Source: Perna viridis
Taxonomy: Eukaryota
Assembly: GCA_037379345.1 (NCBI GenBank)
Contig: CM074514.1
Coordinates: forward strand, 27,032,001-27,096,000
DNA: 64,000 nt
Direction of reading: 5' to 3'
This document shows positions 24,086 to 36,287 of the stretch, in pieces (position 1 is the first letter of the stretch; every line of letters begins with the position of its first letter). The notes under the pieces were generated by a model, which had not been told where the DNA came from, made no database searches, and saw nothing but the letters and a program-made list of their open reading frames with translations. The position numbers were made by a program, and so were the translations under genes.

Positions 24086-25003
24086 GTTCGCCAAACAACA
24101 GTTCTAGAATACAGACTAACGTTTTATATTTGTATGGTACATAAAGCATTTGGATATCATGTTGAAATCTTTTGGATGGAGTGATATGCATTACATATGA
24201 TACCACAGGCTATAGTTCTAAAACAATAACATATTGGGACCGCACGACTAAACCATTGGATCTATTCGGTTACATGTAGGAAATTTGCTTCGGGTTACAA
24301 CTCTGTACCATAATTACGCATAGCTTGCTTTTTAATTAGCTGAACGGTCTGATTCAAAACTAGTAGATCATTATGTTCTGGGATATTTCCTGACGTTCCT
24401 GATTGGTCAAGATGTATTTTACGAGTGGGCTATGACGATGCAACGATTTTTTACGATGAACGAAGTCAAATTGAATTCATAAAAATATCATAAAGTTATT
24501 AATACCTTAAGCTTATTCAGTTTCATTAGCTTTTCAATTACACAGAACAGTGTTCGTAGCTTTTTTGACCGTTAAATACCCTCGTATGTCTCGACCGCAC
24601 ATGCTCGGCATTTGACTGTCTATCGGACGATGATGTTTGCTGTAGAGCTGTAGACCTGTGAAACACTTATAAAAGTAAGCTAGTTAGATTATAAATAAAG
24701 TATTTTGTCTATATTGGTCTCCAAAGTTATTTATCATTACATAATAGATAAATGACTGTGATTAATGTCTAAATAAGGCTCATTGAAGATTTAGTGATTA
24801 TTTTAATTGTAGTTCGTCAATTTTTTTCCCGTTTGCTAACAATAAAAATTATCAAAGAGTACTTGTTTTTTTTTTTAATCTGATGCAACTGAACTCGAAC
24901 TAGAGATTTCGCCTTTTATTTCTACTGCTACTTGTCTATATGTAAATGCTCATAAAAACAAATTGTTACTTTGAAATATCAAGAGTTGATGTCCACGCAG
25001 CAC

Positions 25004-25402
25004 TTAAGAATTGGCTATAATAAAAATTTTGTCTGTTGAAAAATAACATACATTTTCCATGTGCATATTGTTTATTGCGCGAAGTGCAATAAACAAAATA
25101 TGCACATGGAAAATGTATGTTATTTTTCAGTAAATTAATTTGAGATAGATACTGTAATCTGATTGCTAAAAATAATTTTGTTATACCTCGATGCATAAAA
25201 AAATATTGACACGCCCCTCTACAATTAAATTCAGAGCTACTTTTTTCATGTTTAAAGATAAAAATATGTTTTTAAATTAATTTATAAGAATATTTTCCAT
25301 ATGCATATTTTGTTTATTGCACTTCGCGCAATAAACAATATGCATATGGAAAATTTTTGTTATTTTTCAATAGACAAAATTTTTATCATAGCCAATTCTT
25401 AA
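25004..25402. mobile_element. MITE with long TIRs and TTAA flanks (Kolobok-like), each TIR containing its own hairpin
   Basis: TTAA|gaattggctataataaaaattttgtctgttgaaaaataac ... gttatttttcaatagacaaaatttttatcatagccaattc|TTAA. Inner palindromes are centred on gcgcgaagtgc (~25080) and its complement (~25325). Confidence 0.8.
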
Positions 25403-25529
25403 GTAGACAAAAAAGACATAAAAGAAATCCACTTCTGAACGGCTAGCCCAGCGAGCCAATATATTTAAATAGCAGTATTCATGACAATTAGACAGGAAGT
25501 GATTCATGCATGTCAAAAACCCACTGAAT

Positions 25530-25868
25530 TCAGTTTTATTTATTGTTCAGAAACCGTAATAGATCGCATAGTCCGTCTTTGTTTACATTTGGTTGTTGCG
25601 CTTTTGAGATAAAATTTATATAGATTGTATATGAAATTAGCACTTTGCAAGAGTTATCATTCTTGATTAAGTTTGATTTGGTCGATTTTAGTGGGAGGTT
25701 AAAGTGTAGTTTTCGCAAAAGTACGGGTCTAAATACAGAAATGATTATTTTCACATAAAATATAGCATATGTAGACCAAAAAAGCATCGTCTGATCCAGG
25801 GGTTTTTCTACTCCATGAATCACCTTACCATAGGCAGTGTCTGAATTTTATAAGGACTGGTACTTGAT
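25530..25868 (+). repeat. Dispersed ~330-bp repeat, copy 1 of 3 (probably a DNA-transposon end)
   Basis: Ends in gaatcacc...accataggcagtgtctgaattt...ggactggtactt. Homologous to 49490-49805 (+) and 58366-58700 (-). Confidence 0.75.
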
Positions 25869-26359
25869 AACATTGATGAGAAAACCGACATCAAGGCCCG
25901 CTGGAATTACTTTGAAGCGGGTAAATGTAAGGGCCGATGCGTTGGGTTAGGGGCAGGCAAAAAGAAACGACACATGGTTCGACCAATAAGACAATAATAT
26001 TGTCGTTTTACTATACACAAAATATATATTTTGCAGACCTTTCAGTGAACACCGGAGTGATGAGTCTCCTCTCGTTTTTTTTTGTATATGAAAAACTTCT
26101 TGCTGCACAAGTTTCTTTGGTCCCAATAATTTTACTTAGAACAATATTGAAATAATATACATCGAAGCTTTATTTCAGTTTTCCCAATTCAGGCAAAACT
26201 GTAGATCAGTATAGGCAATAATTGGTAATGTCTGATCTGTTGTATGCTTTTCACAAAACAATGATATCAATGAAACATAAATGAATAACAGTCAAAGGTA
26301 AATACTAGAAAAAAACAGCTATGATGAAACAGAACAACTGCTACGTTCGTATTACTTTT

Positions 26360-26540
26360 ATGAAAAAAATAGTAAATACTTATTACAAATGCGAGCAAAA
26401 CGGACCAGTTGTGAAATGTAAATACCGTAGGAGGGTGCTTCGGGAATATCTAGGAATGGAAACTAACAATAGGAAAATCTACATCGTCTCTTGTCGTAAA
26501 TGTATGTATGAAGACTGTCATCATAACTAAATGCGTCCTG
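26360..26540 (-). mobile_element. Degenerate Penelope-like RT C-terminal fragment
   Basis: The minus strand reads, with frameshifts, YDKR.DDVDFPIVSF...IPEAPSYGIYISQLVRFARICN, the same motif as 49828-50205. Confidence 0.7.
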
Positions 26541-26986
26541 TAAGTGTATTTTCCCCGTCAAAATCACGGAAAAAAATGAAAAAAAAAACATTGTAGCCAT
26601 AGCAAGAAATAAATTGTGAGCCTGATTTATCAAAAGACTATTCGATTAAATATGACAGCTTTTCCTTAATAGGTTTATATTACAGTAATGTATACAGGGT
26701 AGAAAATTCATAACTATGTACAAAATCATACGAATATTAAGCCGATCGAATACCTCAAACGAATTTTTGATGCTCAAAATTAGTTGACACCATTTTTTTT
26801 CATAACATTTATAACAATAATTAATAACAAAGTTTTAATAGTTGTTAAAAAAGGGGGGAATTAAGATATATCAGTACTACAACATTTACTGGAAGATGAA
26901 ATAAACGTGATTTGAACGGCTATTTATGAAGTTTTGGTATCCACGGTCATATAATCAGTGTTGGTACACAACAAAGCAGCTGATAC

Positions 26987-27094
26987 CTTGTATATGATTT
27001 TCTTTAGTTATTTTACTCTCTGTTGAATTCGTGTTATAAAGTACTCGGGTTAGTTATTTTGTTACGGAGTACTTCTATATGACATTTATATATA
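26987..27094 (-). promoter_or_regulatory. Possible TATA box plus non-coding first exon of the beta-helix gene
   Basis: TATATATAAA at 27094-27085 on -, then ~70 nt ending in AAG|gtatca at 26987. The first coding exon has an acceptor at 24105-24104 upstream of its ATG, so an upstream UTR exon is likely. Motif-only evidence. Confidence 0.3.
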
Positions 27095-27349
27095 CATGAC
27101 TATATCTCTAACAAGTCAACAAAGTTTTAGTCATTTGATTAGTAAATAAATTTTCCTAACAGTTTCCTCAACACCACTTTTATCTAAACCCTGAATGTTC
27201 CAGCTAATACAGCTCTTATTGGACCTTTGTCCTATGACACCAATTTGTCCAACAAACAATTTCCCGAAAGGGGACAGAGCAATATAATATGCCCTCTCTA
27301 TCGCAATAGCTTGGAGGCTGTGTTATATCACTACCATCTAACTTGTAGC

Positions 27350-27465
27350 AACACAATGTCGTATAACCTCGACGCAACAAATCCTATAATACAGAACAGA
27401 AGTTTCGCCAACTATCGTATTCTCATAACATTCGTCGTGTACAATATTCTAACACTCCTGCAAAA
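27350..27465 (-). pseudogene. 5' relic of a third GT14/GCNT copy (acceptor, start codon, signal-anchor segment)
   Basis: ttttgcAG GAGTGTTAG...GAATGTTATGAGAATACGATAG aligns with 57880-58010. There is a stop at codon 5 (MRIR*) and homology ends after ...DIVLLQVR. Confidence 0.85.
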
Positions 27466-27802
27466 CTAAACAAAAAAAACCAAAAAAAAAAAACAACTCA
27501 AATCTAATATAATTTATTGTTGCATTGTATAGCCGGTGGTATACAATATCACAAACTGACAATCCGTGTTGCTTGAAGAGGACATCGATCATTTTGCTCG
27601 TCTCAATGATAGGAAATTTGTCGTATCATACTATACAACAGACAGAAAAAAACCTGAAGGTTCCAACGAAGCAGTAGTCTCGGAGCTGCTTAGTTCTATC
27701 TCAAATTCTCATGTTTCGTTGTGACGGTGAATTTAAATCACTAATCTGAAACCCTTTTTTCCCATATTCAAGATTTGTTTTCTCCATATTATAAGATCCC
27801 GC

Positions 27803-28778
27803 ATGGCAAGCCAAAGTGGACAAAAATGAGCATTTTTCTAATATTAAAAAAATGATTTTTTAATATTACAAATTAATTTTCTAATATTACAAATTCATTT
27901 TCTACTGTTACAAATTAGATTTCTTATATCCCAAAACACTTTTTTAATATTAAAAATCATTTTTTGATATCAAAAATCCAATTGAATTTCTAATATTAAA
28001 AACTATTATTGAATATTAGAAATTGATTTTCTAATATTAGAAAATGGATTTGTCGTATTCAATGACGATTTTTAATATTAGAAAATCGTTTTGTAATATT
28101 GAAAAATGCAACTGATTCTCTAATATTACAAAATGTGTGATATTTTATAATATTACTAAATCAGGAATTTGTAATATTAGAAAATAAATTTGTAATATTA
28201 GAAAATTAATTAATAATATTAGAAAATGAATTTGTAATATCAAAAAATGAATTTGTAATATAAGTGTTTTCTAATATTAAAAAATGATTTTTTTAATATT
28301 ACAAATTAATTTTCTAATATTACAAATTCATTTTCTAATATTACAAATTAGATTTCTAATATCACAAAACAATTTTTTTATATTAAAAATTCGATTGAAT
28401 TTCTAACATTAAAAATCGATTTTTAATATAAGAAATTGATTTTCTAATATTAGAAAATGGATTTGTCGTATTCTGTTGCGATTTTTTTTATATTAGAAAA
28501 TCACTTTGTATTATTAAAAAATGTGACTGATTTTGCAATATTGCAAAGGGATTTTTTAATATTAAAAATTCAATATGTAACATCGCAAAACGTGTGATAT
28601 TTTATAATATTACTAAATGAGGAATTTATAATATTAGAAAATGAATTTTGTAATATTACAAAATGAATTTTTAATATCAAAAAAATCTTTTCTAATATTA
28701 AAAAAATGATTTTGTAATATTAAAAATTCATTTTCTAATATTACAAAATATTGATTTTTGTCCACTTTGGCTTGCCAT
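27803..28778. mobile_element. ~975-bp non-autonomous TIR element filled with ~20-21-bp TAATATTA-centred subrepeats
   Basis: Perfect 25-bp TIR atggcaagccaaagtggacaaaaat / atttttgtccactttggcttgccat. The interior holds dozens of ttttctaatattacaaa-type units and an internal duplication (~27830-28200 vs ~28265-28650). Confidence 0.85.
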
Positions 28779-29458
28779 TATCCCGATCTCAGTCGTCATT
28801 CTATCCCAATATAAATGCATGAAACAAAGAGATATTGATAGGTGACATGTATGTAAATGTACATTTAGGAAATTTAGAATAAAGCAGTCAAACTAAATTT
28901 CAATAATAAGCAATAAAAATAAACAAGTTATACATCGTGAAAAATAGAACCTTGAAATGGTTAAAATGAGAGGATTAAAAACTGAGCCATTGTTGGGTGT
29001 TTTCTGTGCAAATAAGAAGAAGGAACAATCAGATAATATTATCAGTGAAAACAAGGTATGCTACACGTTCTCTGGGTATAAAATGTCGCAATACCGACGT
29101 TTTATTTTTCAAAAGTCATAATCATATTAAATGGTAATACTATTTTGGTTGCATAAGGAAGATATTTTTTTTTTTGAGAATGTTATCCTGATGATGGTCC
29201 AGTGTCTTAAATTCTGCGATTCGCGTGCGCATAGCTGATTCGCAAGAGGAGCGCTGATTCAATAAAAAAAAGATGTGCATACTTAAATTAAAATACTGTT
29301 TCATGTTATGTCACAATGAAACATTGTTGGTTTTAATATCTATTCAGGGTTTTAATTTGAGACTATTCAGCAATATTTAAATATCTTTCAAATGTTCCGG
29401 TTTGATTGAATGTGTCTTTGCCACGAGTTTTTCTATACAAATGAAGTATCTTTATAAA

Positions 29459-29672
29459 ATGGTTTGCAGTCTGGTTTTCCGTATTACAGCCTGACAATCC
29501 CGGCATGTAACACGCCAGGGGTATCCCATTCCACCACGTGGGCACACAACCCAGTTGCTCTGTGGGCAGAGCGCCCTAGCCCCCGGCCAGGGTTTTGAGC
29601 ACTATTTAGTCGGCTTTTACAAGCTTAGTGCTGTTGTGGGCCTATTCTTTTGACACCCGGACCCGCACGGGG
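29459..29672 (-). mobile_element. Partial copy of the Meta-type SINE
   Basis: Reverse complement of 16835-16995, extended 5' by gccccgtgcgggtccgggtgtcaaaagaataggccc. Confidence 0.75.
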
Positions 29673-30180
29673 CAATCACCTGGAACAAGATTAAACAAAA
29701 GGCAATGGCTATATATAGATATCAGGGCCCTGATGATATATATCACCTTTATAGAGTCAATTGTAATGAACGCCTGTGTTTAAATCTGAAACTGGGTAAT
29801 ATTTCATAAATTCAATGCTAACCGATCATTCTATCTTTTAATGTAAACTTCCCGTTCTGATACATGCAATAAATAACACGCACAGACATGTGTACGATAT
29901 GTTTTAAAAGAGGTACGTTACATCACGATCTCTGGGTCGCTTATAATATTGACCAGGGAACCAGTTTAGGAACCAGATTAAGCAACTGGCAATGCAATAT
30001 CGGGGCGTGCTAATATATATGACCTATATAGTCTTGTAAACCAGCCCCACTGCCTTAATCGAAAACTGGATAAAGTTCAAAGCTAACCGATCATTTCATG
30101 TAAACTTCCCGTTCTCGAACAAGAAAGAACACACGTAGAAAACGCGTGTATGATACTTAAGAGGTACATTTTTATCTCGT
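29673..30180 (+). repeat. Dispersed repeat with an internal ~280-bp diverged dimer
   Basis: gctaaccgatcatt...tgtaaacttcccgttct...gaggtac occurs twice (~29820 and ~30085). An inverted homologue lies at 62105-62537. Confidence 0.75.
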
Positions 30181-30779
30181 ATGAAGCTAGAACTATGATG
30201 CTATGGCGGTAAACACGACGAGGATCTGCAGCATTACGTGGCTTATAACTACATATTTATGCAAAACATATGCGAATATTAAGTACTGAAATTACGAGTG
30301 CAAAAAGTCGCTAACAATATTAGCGACTTAAAAAATGATTAATTCATGACCTCGATAAGTGTCCGTAAGCTACTGAATATCTTATTGCCCTTTTATTGTT
30401 TCCCACGAGAATTATGTTTGATTTATCAACCACAACGTTGTTCGACGTAGACAGAGTCCCTCAGGTTTAACACTAGTCTTTGTTTTTCCTGCAATTTTGT
30501 TTGCATGATGCAAATAACCCGTATTGTTTTTTTTACTTATGATATAGTCCCTTTGTCAGTATATAAGCATGAAGTTTTGTTTTCATAAACTACTCGGGCT
30601 GCATATTTAGTTGGCAACAAGCCCCCGTGACCGACATTTCACGTCAAACTAACTTTTTTTATGTGTGATGCTTTTGAACGGCAACTATAAACGATTCTTC
30701 AAAGATCCCCTGGGACTCAGAAACAACGATTTTGAATATCCTTGCAACTTCAATAAAAATAAAAAGTAGGAAGCGTCAC

Positions 30780-31478
30780 TATAGTCCAAGTCACCTCAGA
30801 TTGTTTGCGTTTTTTTGCGTTTATTTTTGTAATTACTCGACGGTTCCTTTCAAAAACTTGCCATTTTATTCATGTCGTTCTGTACTACGATTCCCTTACA
30901 ATTATTTTTCGTTCTTACCTCCGAGATTGAAAAAACTCAAAATTTATTTTTCCTACGAGAATTTTGCATTGAATGTATTGTTTATCCACCATCTTGTTTC
31001 TATGGATATTTTGAAATGTTCCCTATTATCTCACAATTGAAGAGGTGAAATAACATGATTTCCCGCCATATTTCTGGTTCCCTGCTAATTTATAACTTTA
31101 TGTGGTAAGACTCTTATTAAGTACCAGTTGTAACATTTTCATTCGGAACTTCTGGTTTTGTCTTTTACTAAAGGTAAAGAGCAGAAATATGGCGGGAAAT
31201 CATGGTATTTCAGCTCTTCAATTGTGAGATAATAAGGAACATTTCAAAATATCCATAGAAACAAGATGGCGGATAAACAATACATTCAATGCAAAATTCT
31301 CGTAGGAAAAATAAATTTTGAATTTTTTCAATCTCGGAGGTAAGAACGAAAAATAATTGTAAGGGAATCGTAGTACAGAACGACATAAATAAAATGGCAA
31401 GTTTTTGAAAAGAACCGTCGAGTAATTACAAAAATAAACGCAAAAAACCGCAAACAATCTGAGGTGAATTGGACTATA
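30780..31478. mobile_element. Foldback MITE: ~297-bp inverted arms, ~105-bp spacer, TA ends
   Basis: TATAGTCCAAgtcacctcagattg...cccgccatatttctg (30780-31076) is mirrored by cagaaatatggcggg...ctgaggtgaaTTGGACTATA (31182-31478). Confidence 0.9.
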
Positions 31479-31488
31479 CAAGAAGTTA

Positions 31489-32440
31489 CACTCAGGTGCC
31501 AAAAGTTTGTCAACTTTTTTTCAAGATGGCGTTATTGTAAACAACAAACATCACAATAAAAATTTTTCGTTCTTACCTCCGAGATTGAAAAAATTCTAAA
31601 TTTATTTTTCCTACGAGAATTTTGCATTGAATGTATTGTTTATCCGCCATCTTGTTTCTATGGATATTTTGAAATGTTCCCTATTATCTCACAATTGAAG
31701 AGCTGAAATACCATGATTTCCCGCCATAGAAACAAGATGGCGGATAAACAATACATTCAATGCAAAATTCTCGTAGGAAAAATAAATTTTGAATTTTTTC
31801 AATCTCGGAGGTAAGAACGAAAAATAATTGTAAGGGAATCGTAGTACAGAACGACATGAATGAAATGGCAAGTTTTTGAAAGGAACCGTCGAGTAATTAC
31901 AAAAATAAACGCAAAAAATCGCAAACAATCTGAGGTGACTTGGACTATAAAAAAAAAAGTCTTGATATATTTCTCCGAATTCATATTTCCGTCAACGAAT
32001 GCAAGCAGTCCTCGTCCGAAGTAAGTAATAGTACACCAAACCATAAGCTTCAGACTACGAGTCGGTCCCTGATTCAGATATCCAAGACAATAACCACGCC
32101 ATTTTTCGTTTTGTTTTCTCCATACCTTCACTTTACCATCCGGTTTTATAACAATAGTCATCTCATCACTGAAAATAACTCTCTTCCAGTTACGGTTAGC
32201 TGTCCAATGTAGTTTTCCACGACAGAATTGTAGGCGTTTCTTCCTGTTAACCTCGCGTACTCCAAGTTTTTTCGCTACTGTCCTCCTATTATACCCAAGC
32301 CTCTTCAATTCACGTTGAACTGTTCTACGAGACAGTTTCACAGGTGTATCACTATTAAGTTCCGCTGTTATGTCGTTCAAAGTTTTCCGGCGGGCTTTCT
32401 TTACAATCCTTGTCAATGCATTTTCTCCGCGAACAAGTCG
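31489..32440 (-). mobile_element. Tc1-family transposon relic (terminal repeat plus transposase fragment) interrupted by a MITE
   Basis: TA|CACTCAGGTGCCAAAAGTTTGTCAAC at 31487-31514 is a Tc1-like terminus. 32440-31958 encodes the second HTH (LSRRTVQRELKRLG), RLQFC, WKRVIFSDE, LMVW and MNSEKYI. The later catalytic D/E region is deleted. Confidence 0.85.
31561..31949. mobile_element. Second, doubly deleted copy of the foldback MITE, nested in the Tc1 relic
   Basis: A partial left arm (31561-31728) is fused at ccata to the right arm, which ends TTGGACTATA at 31949. Confidence 0.85.
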
Positions 32441-32750
32441 AATTCGATTTTGTACAATTCCCTATCCATTACTTTTCCCAATAAATACATATGTCAATTT
32501 TATTTTTTTTTAAGCAAAAGTTATGAAGGTTATTAAAAAATCGTCGTGCCTGTATAGCTTTTCTAGAAATTACCTAGCACATGTACAAGGGAAGGCTGAT
32601 TCCAAGTTAGAAACATGACATTTGGGCTTACGTCTTGTATGTATAAACACCGCTTTGCAAAGAAATACCATTTTCCTTTCTCTAGATAAACTTGTACGTT
32701 AACCACTTCTTCCCATCACTCCTTGCACATGTCAGTGGCGAGTAAAGCTG

Positions 32751-35353
32751 TTATTTCGGTATGAAATGTAGATGTTTGTAATAGTAAGTTTCAAATGGTA
32801 GATTTACGAATGTATTATTGTACATGTACTCTTCTAAACAATCAAAAGCAAAATACTGAAAGTCCATGTAAAATTTGTTCGCGAAAAATTCCTTTTTTGA
32901 GACTAGTTCATTGAGATCAGCTACTCCAAAAACGCAATCCCCGAACGTATTTTCCATGACACTTGTCGCGTCCTCCCCAAGAAGCGTAGACAGCTAACCA
33001 ATGTTTGGTATCTGGATTACCTGATGAGGAAAAATATATAGATATCAGCATTCTAAACAGGAAGGCTTCGTACTTTCCAGCTTACCAACTTTGCGGCAGG
33101 TGTCAATTTTATGCTGCCCGTTTTTATTGAAATATACTGGAAACAGCTAGTTTTAAAAATGACAGGTCGTACGACCCTTACTGTATTTCTAGAAAATACC
33201 CATACGGTCTGGAACATATGCACTCCCTGCTTATATAAACAATATTATTGTCAAAACATTATCTTTTTTCTACCACGATCTATTGAAGATGTTTTTTAAG
33301 TTGCGTAATATTTCATATGAGTCCGTGATAGTCACTTTCCCATATTGTGATTAGTTAACTAAAAGGGATAATAATGAGTGAAATAACTCATTAATAAATT
33401 ACAACTGTTTCGACTCGGAGCAATCAACGAAAATGATAAAATGTTTCGAATGGCACAGGTTCACATGATCGCCGAAGTTGACTGATTGATACAAGGTTGA
33501 AGAAACTTCTAATGTCGGACACCTTTTGCCCTAGATTCCAACATCATTAGGGCCATAACTATTGTAATCCATCAAAACATTCCTTACGAGTTGTATAGAA
33601 CCTATTACTACAATTCTAGATGTACACACTTTCATTCAATAAATTGTCCAGAAACCAGAAATGTCTTCGTGTTTGGTCATATCTCCTTCATGGATACGGT
33701 AAACTTGACCCTTGATATGGAATTGTCGTAGTGAAACGGGCGAAAAGTAAAGAACGTAAGGTTGCATGTCGAATAACGAATAGAAAAACGTATTAAACGT
33801 CTAATAACATAATCGTAAGATAACGTCAATATCCTCGCGTTTTATGCTGCTACATATTCTCAAGAGGAACCTTGTAATATAATTACAGAGATCATTTACA
33901 CATATACTTAAGGTTACATAAAAAAGTTTTAAAATATTTGCATTTGAGCCCTTATGACCAATATTCTTAAGTAGTAAGGTCAAGGGTTATTACCTTTAAT
34001 TTGTGGTATGTAAACTTTTGGTAAGATCAAGGTGGTAAACTTTCTGGTTAAAAACATTAGCATTCATTTTTATCAAGGTCCACTAACTACAATCCCTGCT
34101 ATCGCTAGAAAATCATGCGTATACGGACGACGACAGTGCCATGCACAATTTTGCGGCCATATGAAAACGCATTTCCTTACCACTAATATCGACCCGGAGC
34201 TTTGAGTATCTCGTTATGGTTGAGAGTTGCCCAATAATATTCATTCGGGCTTTTCACGTCCCTTATATAGTCAAATATATCTTTGGCACGTTGATCATTA
34301 ATTATATAGCGAACAAACCCACGACTGAATATGCCATACGCACTTCCTTTCACCATAGATGCATTGTAAGGCAACGTCTTGTTCTTAAGTCCCATTCGCT
34401 TGAAAGTTCCCTTTACCTATTTGTAGCTGAATTTAAATCGAGTAGGCATTTGTCGACGTGGTTTACTTATTCCCTCAATGTCATTAGCGCAATGGTAAAT
34501 CTTGAGTACTTTGACCATTTCAAGGTTTGTTTTAAGGGTGAAATGCTGATGCGGTAAGTTGAAAAAGTATCTCCATTTTTCAGATATAACAAGAAGGTCC
34601 GACATACAATTTAGATCTGCTTGAAGACGACTGATGTGATTGTATATGATATCCTCTGTTTTAGAAACAATAAAAACGTTAGAGAAACAGTCCGCTATTG
34701 CACGCATTACCCGATGAAAATCTAACGAAGAACTTTTATCTACATGGATGCAGTAAAAGTTATGGGGCCGAAAGATGGCGCGTAAAAGGCGCTCCGTCTG
34801 AATTGCATCTTCATACGTTAAATTACTGAATGCCAACGGAAAGTCTTTTTTCTCGCTCGTGACCGGATACGAGTCATACCGACGTGAATTACGGAAAGCA
34901 TAATGATTTTGGAAGCCTTATTTTCCAAGATTCGCAACGGTATGCAACTTTAAGATGTCATTTGTCCTGGGAATTCACAGTGAGACTTTGAAAATTACTT
35001 TTTTAACATGTAAAGTAATGGAAACGTTAGAAGTGGTTAGTGAGACCACAGTCTTTTGCCTTTTCAATGAAATCTGCATTGTTGATGCGCTTTGCATGTT
35101 GCAATTTCATAAACGCTTTATATTTTTCATTTTGATCAAGCCCGATTAGTTTTTTGCAGTCAATCGGGAGTTTTCTACGTCTCGGTGGAAAGGTTGATAA
35201 AACTCTCGATGTTGCTACTTCCTGTTTCAAAAGCACTTCCAGATCCTTTCGTTGTACTCTGACTTGTATCACCACAAAGTCGTATAACGTCGAAGCAATA
35301 AACCCTACAATACAGAACAGCACAAGCTGTTTTGCCACTTGTCGTTTTCTCAT
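32751..35353 (-). pseudogene. Unprocessed GT14 (core-2/I-branching beta-1,6-GlcNAc transferase) pseudogene
   Basis: Same two exons (35382-34181, 33020-32751) and homologous intron as the intact copy. Lesions: ~150-bp insertion 34898-35048, TAC>TAG at 34419-34417, +1 nt giving TAG at ~34183, SPDE>SPNE, and a 2-nt deletion near 32938. Confidence 0.9.
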
Positions 35354-36287
35354 AACATTCACCGTCTACCAAACTCTAACCCCTGCAAAATATAGAAAAA
35401 AAACAACTAAAGTTGAAATAGCGGATATATTTCTGTGCAAATACAGAAGAAACAGACAGAAATACAGGTTATTTTGGCATAAAATGCATGCATGCGCATT
35501 TCGCAATACCAACGTTGTATATTTTGTTTTCAAAAGGCATAATCATATTAAATGGTAAAAATATTTTCCTTGTGTAATGATGATACTTGTACTACTCTTG
35601 ATAATGTCGTACCGATTTTCTACTCTTGATAATGTCATACCGATAATTGTCCATGCGTAGCGGATGAACAAGAGGATCACTGATTCAATCAAAACACGGT
35701 TAAAATACTTATATTAAAATACTGTTTCATGTTGTCACAATGAAAAATTTTTGGTTCTATTATATATTCAAGGTTTTAATTTGAGGCTCTTCAACACTCT
35801 TTTAAATATCATTCAAATGTTTCGGTTTGATTGAATGTGTCTTTGGCATGAGTTTTGCAGGCGCGTAGCTGCCGTTAGGCAGAAAAGCTTTTGCCTGCAC
35901 TTAATTTTGCCAATTTTTTTTTTTTTCAAAATTTTGAGATAAAATACATCCAGGAGAGGCATAAATGATGCTCTAAAACGCTATCTCCGTGGAGCTTTGG
36001 GGGGGCTTCGCCCTGGAAATTTCAAGTGTGAAAATAATAAGGATTATATTTTCCTTCCTGGTGGAATGGAATGTGCCTATGAAAATAATTGGAACGGACG
36101 TTTAAAATTTAAATTTATTGTCTATATTTCATCGACAATTTACAAAATAGGATTCATGCATGACCTTGATAAGTACCTGTTCCCTAAGATTGCCCTTATA
36201 TTGTTTCACACGACAATTATGTTTGATTTATTAATCACAACATTGCCCAACGTAGACAGAGTTCCTAGGGTTTAACACTAGTTATCG

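Noticed and set aside
24506-24655. Upstream coding (signal peptide) exon
   Set aside because: Stops or incompatible phase in the frames tested, and the signal peptide is already encoded at 24085-24014. At most a UTR exon.
27830-28750. CRISPR or iteron-like periodic repeats
   Set aside because: These are degenerate AT-rich subrepeats enclosed by TIRs, i.e. a transposon interior.
30732-31928. Four near-identical short ORFs (LFAFFCVYFCNYSTV...)
   Set aside because: They are translations of the MITE inverted arms, not a peptide gene family.
34898-35048. Newly gained intron rescuing the GCNT duplicate
   Set aside because: No AG at the 3' boundary, and independent downstream stops and frameshifts remain.
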